A DNA stretch of 64,000 bases from an uncultured delta proteobacterium (GCA_963816145.1 CAWFJP010000001.1:64001-128000); one strand, 5' to 3'. Positions 48,278 to 62,781 are shown, counted from the first letter of the stretch. Notes: generated from the letters alone by a model not told the origin. Program-made: numbers and translations.

Positions 48278-48298
48278 ACTCGCGTCGCTCGTCATCGC

Positions 48299-48320
48299 GG
48301 GCGGGGCATTTGCCCCGCCC
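48299..48320 (+). terminator. GC-rich hairpin, probable terminator
   Basis: GGGCGGGGCA-TT-TGCCCCGCCC just after the stop codon. Confidence 0.5.
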
Positions 48321-48464
48321 TTGACCAAGGCGGTGCTACACGCCCCTTCTGAGGTTAGCGACTCAGACAATAGAATAATCAAGAGATAATCAAGGCTGCA
48401 AACCTCGAAGCCCCGCACACTGCTCAGCTATCCAGGAAACACCTAAATATGTTAGACACCAAAC

Positions 48465-50256
48465 ATGAGCGGCGATACGAAGATCAAAAGCATGGGAGCC
48501 ATTCCTCACAAGGGCGGAGTTGGGTTTCGCGTGTGGGCGCCGAATGCACAGCAAGTGTCCGTTATCGGAACGTTCAACGATTGGGACGGCGGCAAACATC
48601 CCATGCGAGCCGAGGAGAACGGCCACTGGTATGCCGACATTGCCGAAGCTCATATCGGCGATCAATACCGTTACCTGCTGACCACGGCAAAGGGCGAGTT
48701 CAAGCGCATCGACCCGTATGCCCGTCAGGTGACCAGCTCGGTCGGCAACGCCATCGTGCACGACCCGAGCTTCGACTGGGAGGGCGATGACTTCCATCTC
48801 GCGGCGCGCAACGAACTGGTCATCTACGAACTCCATATCGGCACGTTCAACGACCAGGAGAACGACAATCTGCCCGGCAAGTTTGCGTCGGTGTCGTCCC
48901 GTCTGGGACATTTAAAAAAGCTTGGCGTCAACGCGATTCAGATCATGCCGATCGCCCAGTTCTCGGGCGAGCGGTCATGGGGCTACAACCCGGCCCATAT
49001 CTTTTCGGTTGAGCTCGCCTACGGCGGCCCTTTGGCGTTCAAGAAGTTCGTCAAGCGCGCCCACAGACACGGCATCGCCGTCATCCTCGATGTCGTTTAC
49101 AACCACTTCGGCCCGGGAGATCTCGATCTTTGGCAGTTCGACGGCTGGTCCGAGAACGACCGTGGTGGCATCTACTTCTACAACGATGACCGGGCGCAGA
49201 CGCCGTGGGGAGAGACCCGTCCCGATTACGGACGCAACGAGGTCCGGCAATATATCTTCGACAACGTCTTTATGTGGCTCGATGAATACCATGTCGACGG
49301 CCTGCGCTTTGACGGCGTCTCCTACATTCATTCCTACCCTGGATCCAGTCGGCCAGGATCTGCCCGAGGGCTGGAGCCTGCTCCAATGGATAAACAGCAT
49401 GGTCGCCGAGAAATTTCCCGGTCGCATCACGATCGCCGAAGACCTGGAGAACAACAACTGGATTACCACGAAGGATGTGGGGGCCGGCGGAGCTGGATTC
49501 GGCTCGCAGTGGGATGCCAACTTCGTCCACCCGATCCGCCAGGCGGTGATCACCTCCGAGGATGAGCAGCGCTCCTTGAGCGCCATCCGCGACGCCTTAT
49601 GCTATCGCTACAACGACGACGCCTTCGACCGGGTCATCTATAGCGAATCGCACGATGAGGTGGCGAACGGCAAAGCGCGCGTGCCCCAGGACGTGAACCC
49701 GGAGGACGCTAAAGGCTGGTACTCGCAGAAGCGCTCGACGCTGGCTGCGGCCATGGTGTTCACCGCGCCGGGCATCCCCATGCTGTTCCAGGGCCAGGAA
49801 TTCCTCGAGGGAAATTATTTCCGCGACACGGTGCCGGTCGATTGGGACCAACGCGAGGAGTTCCACGGAATTCTTCGGCTCTACCGCGATCTCATCCGCC
49901 TGCGGCTCAATCGCGACGGCTTCAGCCGCGGCCTGTGCGGGCAGTTCACCCAGGTTTACCACTTGTGCGATGAACGCAAGCTCATCGCCTACCAGCGTTG
50001 GGACAAGGGCGGCCCCGGGGACGATGTCGTGGTCGTGGCCAACTTCCTCAATGAGCCGCAGGATGGCTACGTCATCGGCTTTCCATCCGCGGGAACTTGG
50101 AAGCTCCGCTTCAACAGCGACTGGCAGGGATACAGCGACGCCTTCGAAGGCCATTGGACTGGCGAGTTGGTCGCGCAACCGGGCGAGTGCGACGGCCTCC
50201 CCTTCCACGGCGCGCTTTACATCGGCCCCTACAGCGTGCTGATCTTTTCGCAATAA
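48465..50256 (+). CDS. GH13 CBM48 enzyme (1,4-alpha-glucan branching enzyme / TreZ-like), frameshift ~49340
   Basis: FRVWAPNA, IYELHIGTF, SWGYNP, DVVYNHFG, DGLRFD, IAED, ESHDEV, PGIPMLFQGQE. Confidence 0.88.
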
Positions 50257-50436
50257 TCGAAACAAATCTGCTCGGGCGACGGCTAAGAGCATCCGCGACC
50301 AGAACGGCAGGGCATGAACGAATTTCCGGCACATTTCTGAAGCATCCCAGCAAACGAGATGCGGCGGGGAGCAGCTAAAGACAACCGAGCAAGTCAATCC
50401 GAGTTGTTATTTGACGAGCAATAGTCAAAGCGGAAA

Positions 50437-50982
50437 ATGTTCCAAACGAATCTTATATTTGGCGTCACCCTGCTTAGTCTGGCAGTTTTCCAAAGTGGCG
50501 CGCTGGCAGCAAGCGGCTTGATCGGCTCCCCCGCTCCCTACTTTAGCGTTGGATCGGGCGATGACAAGGTACTGACCTTGGACATGATCAAGGGCAAAGT
50601 CACCGCCATATTCTACGAGAATAGAAAGATTGTCGACGCCAACAAGCGACTGAAGGATGAACTGAATAAGCTCTATCACGATCAGACAGATACCTTAAAA
50701 GACGGTCTCCTAAGACTGCCGATTATCGATTGTTCGGACGCGATCTGGCCCTTCCACGGGTTATGGAAAAAAAAACTCAGGGAACACTCCAGCAAAGAGG
50801 GCACGACCATATACTGTGACTGGAGTGGCAAGATGGCGTCTGCTTACACAATGAAGGACGACGTGAGCAACGTCGTCATCATCGATAAAGCCGCAATCAT
50901 CCGCTCTTTCACCTCGGGAGAGGTCACGGCTGATCAAATCGACCACGCGAAGAAACTATTGAAAGTGTTAGTAGCTGAGTAA
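50437..50982 (+). CDS. Exported YtfJ/thioredoxin-like protein
   Basis: Signal peptide; IGSPAPYFSV...KGKVTAIFYE...VVIIDK. Confidence 0.65.
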   Translation: MFQTNLIFGVTLLSLAVFQSGALAASGLIGSPAPYFSVGSGDDKVLTLDMIKGKVTAIFYENRKIVDANKRLKDELNKLYHDQTDTLKDGLLRLPIIDCSDAIWPFHGLWKKKLREHSSKEGTTIYCDWSGKMASAYTMKDDVSNVVIIDKAAIIRSFTSGEVTADQIDHAKKLLKVLVAE

Positions 50983-51528
50983 ATCTTGCCCAGACGCGGT
51001 TGCTAATCCTTAAGTCCGGATGATTGAAGACAATCCGATGCCACAGACGCTGCCGATCGAGCGATATTTCGCGGGATCCGAAATAGCGAGTTCGACAGCA
51101 CTTTCAAAAATAAACGTACAATTCAACAGGCTGAAAAATTGGTTGGTCCGAAGGTAATTGATCGCGAACCGGTCGAAGGTACATTACACGCAAACCGAGT
51201 TCCCGTTAACGTTTACGCTGGACTAAAGGACGCGGGTCGGGAACTGAGGCATTTCACCTCGACCCCTCACTGTTTTACCACACCCCCAGGCGCCGGACCT
51301 CTTGCCTCTCGGGTGCGCAGAGGAAAGCTCGCCTTACTAGGAAAAAACCGACGGTGATTTATCGCCGTGCGATCATTCCATTCCGGCATTGTTCTTGCGG
51401 AATCAAGTTCAGAGAGCGGCTGGACATCGCTCCGCAGTGCGCGATGAATCTTTTCGAAATTGTCCAGTATCAGACACCGTTCGCTCGTGCAGCAACAATA
51501 GGCGTAGTCCGTAACAAGGAGGAAAACC

Positions 51529-52056
51529 ATGGCTGAGAATAACGCAGTAGTTGGCATCTACAACTCCCACACCGAGGCAGAAGCGAGCATCAAAGAACTC
51601 CAGCGGTCTGGGTTCGACATGAAGAAACTGTCCATCGTCGGTAAGGACTATCACACCGAAGAGCATGTTGTCGGCTACTACAATACCGGGGACCGTATGA
51701 AGGTCTGGGGTAAACTTGGGGCCTTTTGGGGCGGCTTTTGGGGCTTGCTGTTTGGGTCGGCGTTTTTCTTTATCCCGGGCATCGGACCCCTGATCGTATT
51801 TGGCCCAATGGTCGGTTGGATTGTCGGAGCGCTGGAAGGCGCCTTTGTAGTCGGCGGCCTAAGTGCATTGGGCGCCGGACTGGCCAGCATTGGCATTCCC
51901 AAAGACAGCATCGTTCAGTATGAGACGGCGCTCAAGAGTGACAAGTTCTTGGTGATCGCGCACGGCACAGCGGAAGAGGTAGCCAAGGCCAAAAGCATCC
52001 TCGATACCACTGGCGCGGCACAAATAAGCGCCCATCAAGGTTTGTTGGCAGCTTAA
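51529..52056 (+). CDS. General stress protein (YflT/17M-like with glycine-zipper TM)
   Basis: VVGIYNSHTEAE..IKELQRSGF...GAFWGGFWGLLFG..FFIPGIGP...GIPKD. Confidence 0.85.
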   Translation: MAENNAVVGIYNSHTEAEASIKELQRSGFDMKKLSIVGKDYHTEEHVVGYYNTGDRMKVWGKLGAFWGGFWGLLFGSAFFFIPGIGPLIVFGPMVGWIVGALEGAFVVGGLSALGAGLASIGIPKDSIVQYETALKSDKFLVIAHGTAEEVAKAKSILDTTGAAQISAHQGLLAA

Positions 52057-52099
52057 CTTTAACTTAGAAACGCCCCACCACGGCAAAACAATGAACTAC

Positions 52100-52499
52100 C
52101 CCTGCCTATCGAGCGCGTGCCGACGATAAACGCGCGGTAGGCAGGCAGTTGGTCGATTGGCAGTGCGCTCTGGAACAGAAATGGGCAATGCTGCACTTCG
52201 GGGAAGTGAAGATTGACACTGTCGAGGCGGAGCACGTGTTTGAAGTTCAGACCTATCTAGGCGAAGTCGATCCAGATGGGGTTCGCGTCGAGCCTTAGGC
52301 CAACGGAATCAACGGCGAGGGCCCGGTCCGGCAGGAGATGAAGCGTGTTCGCCAACTTGTGGGGGCGGTTAACGGTTACGTTTATAGCGCGACGGTGCCG
52401 GCGACCCGTCCGGCGACGGACTATACGGCGCGAGCGCTACCGCACTGCGCCCGCGTTGCGGTTCCTCTGGAAGCCGCTCACATCCTGTGGCAGCGCTGA
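52100..52499 (+). pseudogene. glgP: C-terminal remnant of alpha-glucan phosphorylase
   Basis: LHFGEVK...FEVQTYLGEVDPDGVRVEP*ANG...YSATVPATRPATDYTARALP...VPLEAAHILWQR; no start, internal TAG. Confidence 0.7.
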
Positions 52500-52652
52500 T
52501 TCAATTCGAGAATGAAGACGCTCGAACGGCCGCTGTATGATTACCCCGCCCATCCCAAAGGTCAATGACGTTTTATTGAGCGTTAAGTTTGCGCTATAGC
52601 CATGACGGTCTGCCGCGTTCTCGGTCGCCGCTGGAATCAGGAGTATTGAAGC

Positions 52653-52800
52653 ATGAAGACAAACACTTTTTCCCCGGAACTGCTCCACAAGATGGATGCC
52701 TACTGGCGCGCCGCCAACTATCTTTCGGTCGGCCAGATTTATCTTTACGACAATCCGCTGCTGAAACGGCCGCTGACGCTCGCGGATGTAAAGCACATGC
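52653..52800 (+). pseudogene. xfp: 5' fragment of phosphoketolase, near-duplicate of 57037 start
   Basis: [49 protein letters not shown], nearly identical in DNA including RBS. Confidence 0.85.
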
Positions 52801-52940
52801 CGCCGGAGCACTTTACGCGTGGGGCGTGTTGCTCACTCCTGCCCTGGGCGTTGCTCACTCCTGCCCTGGGCGCGGTGTTGATGTCGACGAGCAAGGTGAT
52901 TGTGGCCATCAACGCGCGACTGCTGAGACTGATGAAGTGA
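52801..52940 (+). pseudogene. C-terminal remnant of heavy-metal (Cu) P-type ATPase with 22-bp tandem duplication
   Basis: [33 protein letters not shown]; GTTGCTCACTCCTGCCCTGGGC twice at 52828-52871. Confidence 0.65.
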
Positions 52941-53062
52941 TCCAGTTGTTGACGAACGGGAACAACAATATTCGATTCACACGAGACAATGTGAAAACCG
53001 GAATCAAAAGACAGTGACACCAACAACCAGGAAACACACATGACCATGGGGGGAGCGAATCC

Positions 53063-53230
53063 GTGACCAAAGACCCCATCTGCGGCATGACAGTGGACGA
53101 AGCAAGCGCTCTTCACGCCGAACGTGACAGACAGACATTCTACTTTTGCAGCGACCACTGTCGGCAAACGTTTTTGTCCACGCCCGCCGGTGCTAAGTCA
53201 AAGGACAAGTCTGAAGGCTGCTGTGGTTAA
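53063..53230 (+). CDS. YHS/TRASH-domain small protein
   Basis: KDPICGMTVD...TFYFCSDHCRQTF...GCCG. Confidence 0.8.
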   Translation: MTKDPICGMTVDEASALHAERDRQTFYFCSDHCRQTFLSTPAGAKSKDKSEGCCG

Positions 53231-53232
53231 AA

Positions 53233-53340
53233 ACGCGGCGAATGAGGACGTGATTTCTATGGACGCGAGCCGGGCCACGGTCCGCGTCATGTGCACGGAC
53301 GAAGAGCTGATGATTGCGCACTCGGTGTGGCGCATAGAGA
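53233..53340 (+). pseudogene. ackA: C-terminal remnant of acetate kinase
   Basis: NAANEDVISMDASRATVRVMCTDEELMIAHSV matches the AckA C-terminal TDEELMIA motif. Confidence 0.65.
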
Positions 53341-53401
53341 CAACGACGCTGGAGAGTAAGGTTCTGCCAAGGGCGGAGCTGACAATTGAAGGAGCCAGCG
53401 C

Positions 53402-56166
53402 ATGACCCCCCCACCCGCCAGAGCCGAACAACCAAAGGGCAAAGCCTGGCACAGCCAGTCTGCCGAAGAAGCGCTGGCACTTCTCGGTTCCTCAGCGACT
53501 GGGCTGTCTGCGCAGGAAGCAGCACAACGCCTCGCGGCTGACGGCCCGAACGAATTGAAAGAAGGCAAGCGGATCAGCCCGCTGCAGATTTTCCTCGGCC
53601 AGTTCAAGAGCCTCATCATCTGGATTCTCATCGCGGCCGGTGTCATCTCCGGCGTGCTGGGCGAAGTGGTGGACGCCATCGCCATCCTCGCCATCGTCGT
53701 CCTCAACGCCGTCATCGGCTTCTACCAGGAGTTCAACGCGGAGAAGTCCATCGCGGCGCTCAAAAAGATGACCGCGCCCCAGGCGCAAGGTGCGACGCGA
53801 CGGGCAAGTCACTTCGATTCCTGCCTCGGGAATCGTCGCCGGTGACATCCTCGCGCTGGAAGCCGGCGACCTGGTCGCGGCTGATGCCCGGCTCCTGGAA
53901 GCGGCCTCGCTCAGGTGCATCGAGTCAGCGCTGACCGGCGAGTCGGAGGCGGTGACGAAGCAGCCCGCGACTTTGGAACAGCGCGACGTCCCGCTCGGCG
54001 ACCGCGAAAACATGGTGTTCATGGGCACGAGCGTGGCGGCGGGCACCGGCCAGGCCGTCGTTGTGGCCACGGCGATGAAGACCGAGCTTGGGCCGCATCG
54101 CCGGATTGATTGAAGAGGCGGGCGTGGCGGAAAGCACCCCGCTGCAGCAGAAGCTCGACTCGTTCGGACGCATCCTCGTCTGGGCGGCGCTGGGCATCGT
54201 CGCGCTGCTGTTCGGGCTGGGGCTGCTGCGCGGGACGAATCTTCTCGAGTTGTTCATGACCTCTGTCAGCCTCGCCGTGGCGGCCGTGCCGGAAGGGCTG
54301 CCGGCCGTCGTCACGGTTGCGCTCGCGCTCGGCGTGTTGCGCATGTCCCGCCGCCGCGCGCTCGTGCGCAAACTGGCCGCGGTCGAGACGCTCGGCTCGA
54401 CGACGGTCATCTGCACGGACAAGACCGGCACCTTGACCGTCGGCGAGATGACCGTGCGCGCTCTCTACGTCGCAGGCCAAAGCTACGAGGTCACCGGCGA
54501 AGGCTACGGTCCGGATGGCGAGGTGCGCTTCGAGGGCAAGAAGGCGGAAGCGCCGCACACCGCGCCGTTGCTCGAACTCGCGACGGTCCTCCTCGGCTGC
54601 AACAATGCGCATCTCGTTCAGGAAGACGGAACGTGGAAAACCGTCGGCGATCCTACCGAAGGCGCGTTGCTTGGCAGCCGGCGCCAAAGCCGGCGGCGAC
54701 CGGAAGCGCATCGAGAAGGAGCTGCCGAAGCATCACGAGATCCCTTTCGACTCCGACCGCAAACGCAGCACGGTGATTCGCCGGATGCCGGATGGGAAGC
54801 TCCGCGCCTTCATCAACGGCGCGCCCGACGTGCTGTTGGAGCGCTGCACACAGCCTTTACACCAGCACCGGGATCCGCCCCATGACGGACGAGGACCGCC
54901 AGAACATCGTGGCGCAAAACACCGCGATGGCGCAGCAAGCCCTGCGCGTGCTCGGTTCGGCCTATCGCGACCTGGACAACGCTTCGCCCGCCGACCTCAC
55001 AGCGGACGCCGTCGAGCACGATCTCGTGTTCGTCGGTCTGACGGGGATGTATGATCCGCCCCGGCCCGAGGCCAAAGATGCCGTCGCGAAGTGTCGCGCC
55101 GCAGGCATTCGCGTGGTGATGATTACCGGTGACCATCCGCACACCGCGATGGCCATCGCGCGGGAAATCGGCATCGCTTCAGACGACGACACGGTTATCG
55201 CGGGGGTGGAGTTGGACAAGATGTCCGACGAAGAGCTGCGGCGGCGCGCGCCCGAAGATCGCCGTCTACGCCCGCGTCACCGCCGAGCACAAGCTGCGCA
55301 TCATTCGCGCCTTGAAAGCCAATGACGCCGTCGTGGCCATGACCGGTGATGGCGTCAACGATGCCCCGGCCATCAAGGGCGCCGACATCGGCATCGCCAT
55401 GGGGAAAGCGGGAACGGAAGTCACCAAGCAAGCGGCGGACATGATCATCACCGATGACAACTTCGCCACGATCGTCGCCGCCGTCGAAGAGGGCCGGGGC
55501 ATTTACGACAACATCCGCAAGACGCTCCAATACCTGCTGGCGGGCAATACCGGTGAACTGCTGCTCATGACCGTCTGCGTGATCATCGGTCTGCCGACGC
55601 CGCTGCTGCCGATTCACCTGCTCTGGATCAATCTCGTCACCGATGGCCTGCCCGCGCTCTGCCTGGCCACCGACCCCATCGACCCCGACGTGATGAAGCG
55701 CCACCCGCGCCGCCGTTCTGAGCGCATCACGAACCGCAGCTTCCTCCGCACGATGTTCTTCACCGGCTTCCTCACCGCTGGCGTCGCGTTCGCGGTTTAC
55801 TTCTACGTCCTGAAGACGGGAACCGCGGAAACGGCCCGCACTCACGCCTTCGCCGTGCTGGTCTTCGCCGAACTCTTGCGGTCCTTCGGCGCCCGCAGCG
55901 AGACCAAGCCGGTCTGGCGCATCTCCCTTTTCACGAACGTCAACCTGGTCATCGTGGTTGCCATCTCTTTCGGCCTCCAGGTGTGGAGCCAACACAACGC
56001 GACTCTGGGCCGCTTCCTGAAGACGTCATATATGCCGTTCGCCGATTGCTTCCTGCTTCTCGCCGTGGGCGCCATCCCGCTGTTCGTTCTGGAGATGGTG
56101 AAGGTGGTGCGGCACGCCCTGCGGCAAAGAAAGGCTGAGCCAGATGAATATGCCAAGCCGGCTTGA
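53402..56166 (+). CDS. Cation-transporting P-type ATPase (P2A-like), about five frameshifts
   Basis: [61 protein letters not shown] across frames. Confidence 0.9.
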
Positions 56167-57017
56167 CCAAAAGACGCGCAGGGTCTGGGCGATATTTTGT
56201 CTCAGCGTCAAAAAGTTTTCGCGCATTGACGGGGCACAGCGGGCGGGAGCGTTCGCGTTCAGTGCGTTCTTTTCGTTGTTTCCTTTGATGATCCTGCTCG
56301 TCACGATTGCCTCATCCTTTGTTGACCGGGACAGGGCCGGAAAGAGGCTATTGCGTACTTGGAAAGCTACGTCCCGATTAGCGGTGAAGATGCAACGTCA
56401 CATTTTTGAAACCATCGCCGGTGTGATCACAGCGCGTGAGCGGGCGGGCGTGGTCGCGTTTCTCGTCCTGGTCTGGGCCTCCCTCCACTGTTTCACCACC
56501 CTCATCAGCGCCACCAACCGAGCCTGGGGCGCCGACGTGCTACAATTGGTGGCGACTGCCGCTCAAAAGCCTGATTTTTCTCGCCATCCTGATCAGCACG
56601 GCCCTCTTGGGCGTCGCGGTGCCGGTGCTGGCGAAAATGGCGAAGGATTGGCTCTTTCCAGTGAATGATTTCAGTTCCTGGGTCTATGCCCTAGGAAGCT
56701 TTTTCATCCCCTTGTTGGTGGTGTTCGTCAGTCTGAGCCTGTTTTACAGGCTGGCTCCGCGCCGGCCCACGCGCTTTGCCGAGGTCTGGGCCGCTGCCCT
56801 GTGCGCCACGGTTCTCTTGCACGCGGCCGAAAGTCTATTCGTGATCTACCTTAAGAACTTCGCCAGGTTAAACGCGGTTTATGGAGCGTTCGGCGGGACC
56901 ATGGCATTGCTGCTGTGGATTTATCTTTCCGGGTGCATTTTCATCTTCGGCGCCTGCCTGTGCGCCGCTCAGGCCGAAGAGCGTTCAGCGCCGGCGGAAC
57001 CGATTATGGCGCACTGA
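56144..57017 (+). CDS. YihY/BrkB-family membrane protein, frameshifted
   Basis: AGAFAFSAFFSLFPL...YGAFGGTMALLLWIYLSG..FIFGA. Confidence 0.82.
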
Positions 57018-57036
57018 ACGAAAGGAGAATTGAACC

Positions 57037-59418
57037 ATGAAGACAAACACTCTTTCCCCGGAACTGCTCCACAAGATGGAAGCCTACTGGCGCGCCGCCA
57101 ACTATCTTTCGGTCGGACAGATTTATCTTTACGACAATCCATTGCTGAAGCGGCCGCTGACGCTCTCGGACGTAAAGCACATGCTGCTGGGACACTGGGG
57201 CACGACCCCGGGACAGAACTTCATTTACGTGCACTTGAACCGGATCATCAAGAAATATGACCTCGACATGATTTACGTCTCCGGCCCGGGGCACGGTGGG
57301 CCGGCTGTCGTGGGCAACACTTATCTCGAGGGCACCTACAGCGAGATTTATCCCAACATCAGCCAGGATGAGGCCGGGCTGCGGAAGCTGTTTCTGCAGT
57401 TTTCTTTTCCTGGAGGAATTCCCAGCCACGCATCGCCGGAGTGTCCGGGCTCGATCCACGAGGGCGGCGAGCTGGGCTATTCGCTCAGCCATTCGTTCGG
57501 CGCGGTGTTCGACAATCCTGATTTGATCGTTGCCTGCGTCGTCGGCGACGGTGAAGCGGAAACCGGACCGCTGGCCACGGCGTGGCATTCGAACAAGTTC
57601 CTCGATCCAATAACCGACGGCGCAGTGCTGCCGATCCTGCATCTCAATGGCTACAAGATCAGCAACCCGACTATCCTGGCCCGCATCGAACATGAGGAAT
57701 TGCAGCAATTTCTTCGAGGCTGCGGATGGACGCCCTACTTCGTCGAGGGTCACGAGCCCGGGCCGATGCATGAGGCCATGGCCGCGACCCTCGACACGGT
57801 GGTGGAGCAGATCACAAAAATCCAGCAGGACGCCCGCGTCCACGGCAACTCGGGCAACTTCGCGCGGCCACGCTGGCCGATGATCGTCCTCAATTCACCC
57901 AAGGGCTGGACGGGGCCGCAAGTGGTGGATGGCTTGCAGATCGAAGGCACCTTCCGCGCGCATCAGGTGCCGCTTCACCCGAATGCTCATCCCGAGCACC
58001 TCAAGCTGTTAGAAGACTGGCTGCGGAGCTATCGGCCCGAGGAACTCTTCGATGAACAGGGCCGCTTGAAACCGGAACTGGCCGAACTGGCGCCCGAGGG
58101 CGAACGACGCATGGGCGCGAATCCCCACGCCAACGGCGGCAAATTGCTGCGAGACCTGCGCATGCCGGATTTTCGCGCCTACGCCGCCGAAGTGCGCGAG
58201 CCGGGCGCGCGCGGTATCGGCGACACGCATGTGCTCGGACCTTTCCTGCGCGATGTGGCGAAGCTGAACAGTGAGCAGCGGAATTTCCGAGTCTTTGGCC
58301 CGGACGAGACGCTCTCCAACGGCTTGGAAGCTCTTTTTGAAGCGACCCAACGCCAGTGGGACGCCGCGACGGTGCCGAACGACGAATTCCTCGCACCCAC
58401 TGGACGCGTGCTGGACTCTATGCTCAGCGAGCATCAATGCGAGGGCTGGCTCGAGGGCTATCTGCTTACCGGGCGCCATGGCCTTTTCAACTGCTACGAG
58501 GCGTTCATCCACATCATCGATTCGATGTTCAACCAGCACGCCAAATGGCTGAAAGTCACGGCGCACCTGCCGTGGCGCCGCAAGATCGCTTCTTTAAACT
58601 ATCTGCTGGCGTCTCATGTTTGGCGCCAGGATCACAACGGCTTCACGCACCAGGATCCCGGTTTCATCGACCATGTCGTCAACAAAAAAGCCGAGGTCGT
58701 GCGGGTTTACTTTCCGCCGGATGCAAACTGCCTGCTGTCGGTGATGGACCACTGCCTGCGCAGCCGCCATTACGTCAACGTCGTGATTGCGGGCAAACAT
58801 CCGGCGCCGCAGTGGCTGGCGATGGACGCTGCCGTCAAGCACTGCACCCAGGGCATCGGCATCTGGCAGTGGGCCAGCAACGATCAGCGCGTTGCCCCCG
58901 ACGTGGTCATGGCCTGCTGTGGCGACGTGCCCACCCTGGAGACGCTCGCCGCCGTCTCGATCATGCGCGAGCATCTGCCCGACCTGAAAATCCGCGTGGT
59001 CAACGTTGTCGATCTCATGAAGCTGCAGCCGCCAAGCGAGCATCCGCACGGCTTGAGCGACATGGATTTCGACGAACTGTTCACCAAGGACAAGCCGGTA
59101 ATCTTCGCGTACCATGCCTACCCGTGGTTGATCCACCGGCTGACTTATCGCCGCACCAACCACGACAACATCCACGTCCGGGGTTATAAGGAAGAGGGCA
59201 CCATCACCACGCCCTTCGACATGACGGTGCTGAACGATCTGGACCGCTTCCACCTCGTGATGGACACCATCGATCGCCTGCCGCAGACCGGCGACAAGGG
59301 CATATATCTGAAGCAGCAGCTAAAGGACAAGCTGATCGAACACAAGCAATACATTGAAAAATGCGGCGAGGACCTGCCGGAGATTCGGAATTGGAAGTGG
59401 AGTCAGTACGGAACCTAG
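57037..59418 (+). CDS. xfp: Xylulose-5-P/fructose-6-P phosphoketolase
   Basis: [59 protein letters not shown]. Confidence 0.97.
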   Translation: MKTNTLSPELLHKMEAYWRAANYLSVGQIYLYDNPLLKRPLTLSDVKHMLLGHWGTTPGQNFIYVHLNRIIKKYDLDMIYVSGPGHGGPAVVGNTYLEGTYSEIYPNISQDEAGLRKLFLQFSFPGGIPSHASPECPGSIHEGGELGYSLSHSFGAVFDNPDLIVACVVGDGEAETGPLATAWHSNKFLDPITDGAVLPILHLNGYKISNPTILARIEHEELQQFLRGCGWTPYFVEGHEPGPMHEAMAATLDTVVEQITKIQQDARVHGNSGNFARPRWPMIVLNSPKGWTGPQVVDGLQIEGTFRAHQVPLHPNAHPEHLKLLEDWLRSYRPEELFDEQGRLKPELAELAPEGERRMGANPHANGGKLLRDLRMPDFRAYAAEVREPGARGIGDTHVLGPFLRDVAKLNSEQRNFRVFGPDETLSNGLEALFEATQRQWDAATVPNDEFLAPTGRVLDSMLSEHQCEGWLEGYLLTGRHGLFNCYEAFIHIIDSMFNQHAKWLKVTAHLPWRRKIASLNYLLASHVWRQDHNGFTHQDPGFIDHVVNKKAEVVRVYFPPDANCLLSVMDHCLRSRHYVNVVIAGKHPAPQWLAMDAAVKHCTQGIGIWQWASNDQRVAPDVVMACCGDVPTLETLAAVSIMREHLPDLKIRVVNVVDLMKLQPPSEHPHGLSDMDFDELFTKDKPVIFAYHAYPWLIHRLTYRRTNHDNIHVRGYKEEGTITTPFDMTVLNDLDRFHLVMDTIDRLPQTGDKGIYLKQQLKDKLIEHKQYIEKCGEDLPEIRNWKWSQYGT

Positions 59419-59461
59419 AAAGAGAACGCGCCGGCGGAAAAGACCTGTGTGCCGAAATTAA

Positions 59462-61417
<1,956 letters not shown>

Positions 61418-61425
<8 letters not shown>

Positions 61426-61756
61426 AAGCGCAAAAAAGAAACCTGCTGCGGATAACGCGACGGTATTCAGCCAACAAGTGGCTGCAAAGGCAGCGCGCAA
61501 GCTCAAGGCGCGCAAGTCCGGCCAAGGCGTCTGGTTTGGCCTGGGTATGATGGGGCTCATTGGCTGGTCGGTGGTGGTGCCGACATTGCTCGGTGCAGCG
61601 CTCGGCATCTGGTTGGACGCACACCATGCGGGGAAGCATCCCTGGACGCTGGCGCTGTTGATCGTCGGCCTGGCGATCGGCTGTTTGAACGCCTGGCATT
61701 GGGTCGCCAAGGAAGACAAGGAAATGCGCGAGGAACAGGGGGATAATGATGAATGA
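61418..61756 (+). CDS. atpQ: N-ATPase AtpQ (AtpZ/AtpI family)
   Basis: WFGLGMMGLIGWSVVVPTLLGAALGIWLD...GCLNAWHWV. Confidence 0.85.
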
Positions 61757-62060
61757 AACTTTGACTCTAGTGTTGGCTTTGGTGACGGGCGTTTTGCTTG
61801 GTGTGATGTTCTTCGGCGGCCTTTGGTGGACGGTGCGCAAAGGCGTTTCGTCCGCACGGCCGGCGCTTTGGTTCCTTGGCAGTCTTTTGCTGCGAACGAT
61901 TATTACCGTGACTGGTTTTTATTTCGTCGCACGCGGGGATTGGCAGAGGTTGCTGATGTGCCTGCTTGGATTTGTCATCGCGCGTCCAATCGTTGCGCGG
62001 CTTACCCAGCCAACTCAGACGCGAACCCGATTGTCGAATGAGGTGAGTCATGAATCTTAG
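61749..62060 (+). CDS. atpR: N-ATPase AtpR
   Basis: GVMFFGGLWWTVRKG...WFLGSLLLR...LLGFVIAR. Confidence 0.85.
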   Translation: MNETLTLVLALVTGVLLGVMFFGGLWWTVRKGVSSARPALWFLGSLLLRTIITVTGFYFVARGDWQRLLMCLLGFVIARPIVARLTQPTQTRTRLSNEVSHES

Positions 62061-62745
62061 TTCCGATCAACAGATCCTGTGGCAGTACGGATTTCTCAAG
62101 CTCAACGGCACGGTTGTCACGACGTGGGCCCTGATGATCGCGATGGCTGTGGGCGCGAAACTGATCACTCGCAAGCTCGCCACCGACGGGGCAATTTCCC
62201 GATGGCAAGGATTTCTTGAACTCGTCGTCACAGCCATCGAGAAACAAATCAAGGAAGTCGGTCTGAGTGAGCCGGCGAAGTATCTCGGCTTTTTGGGCAC
62301 ACTCTTCCTGTTTGTCGCCACCGCCAGCCTGTGCACGCTAATTCCCGGTTACGAGCCGCCAACCGGATCGCTGTCAACCACGGCGGCGCTCGCTCTGTGC
62401 GTGTTCGTGGCCGTGCCGCTCTTCGGCATCGAGGAGCAGGGGCTGGGCGGTTACCTCAAATCCTACATGCAGCCGACGTTCATCATGCTGCCGTTTAACA
62501 TCATCAGCGAACTTTCGCGCACACTGGCCCTGGCTGTCCGTTTGTTCGGCAACATGATGAGCGGGGCAATGATCATCGGCATTCTGCTCACCATCACGCC
62601 CTTCATCTTTCCGATCATCATGACGGCGCTCGGTCTGCTCACCGGCATGGTGCAAGCCTACATCTTCAGCATTCTGGCTGCCGTTTATATCGCCGCCGCC
62701 ACGCGCGTTCGCAAGTCCAAGCCTGAACCTGATCGCCAGCAGTGA
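62050..62745 (+). CDS. atpB: N-ATPase subunit a
   Basis: PPTGSLSTTAALA...SRTLALAVRLFGNM...GMVQAYIFSIL. Confidence 0.95.
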   Translation: MNLSSDQQILWQYGFLKLNGTVVTTWALMIAMAVGAKLITRKLATDGAISRWQGFLELVVTAIEKQIKEVGLSEPAKYLGFLGTLFLFVATASLCTLIPGYEPPTGSLSTTAALALCVFVAVPLFGIEEQGLGGYLKSYMQPTFIMLPFNIISELSRTLALAVRLFGNMMSGAMIIGILLTITPFIFPIIMTALGLLTGMVQAYIFSILAAVYIAAATRVRKSKPEPDRQQ

Positions 62746-62781
62746 AACAACGACACTAACGATGAAATAAAAGGACACAAT

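Noticed and set aside
53402-56166. Programmed ribosomal frameshifting in the P-type ATPase
   Set aside because: Too many shifts and no slippery heptamer with downstream structure; error or decay is simpler
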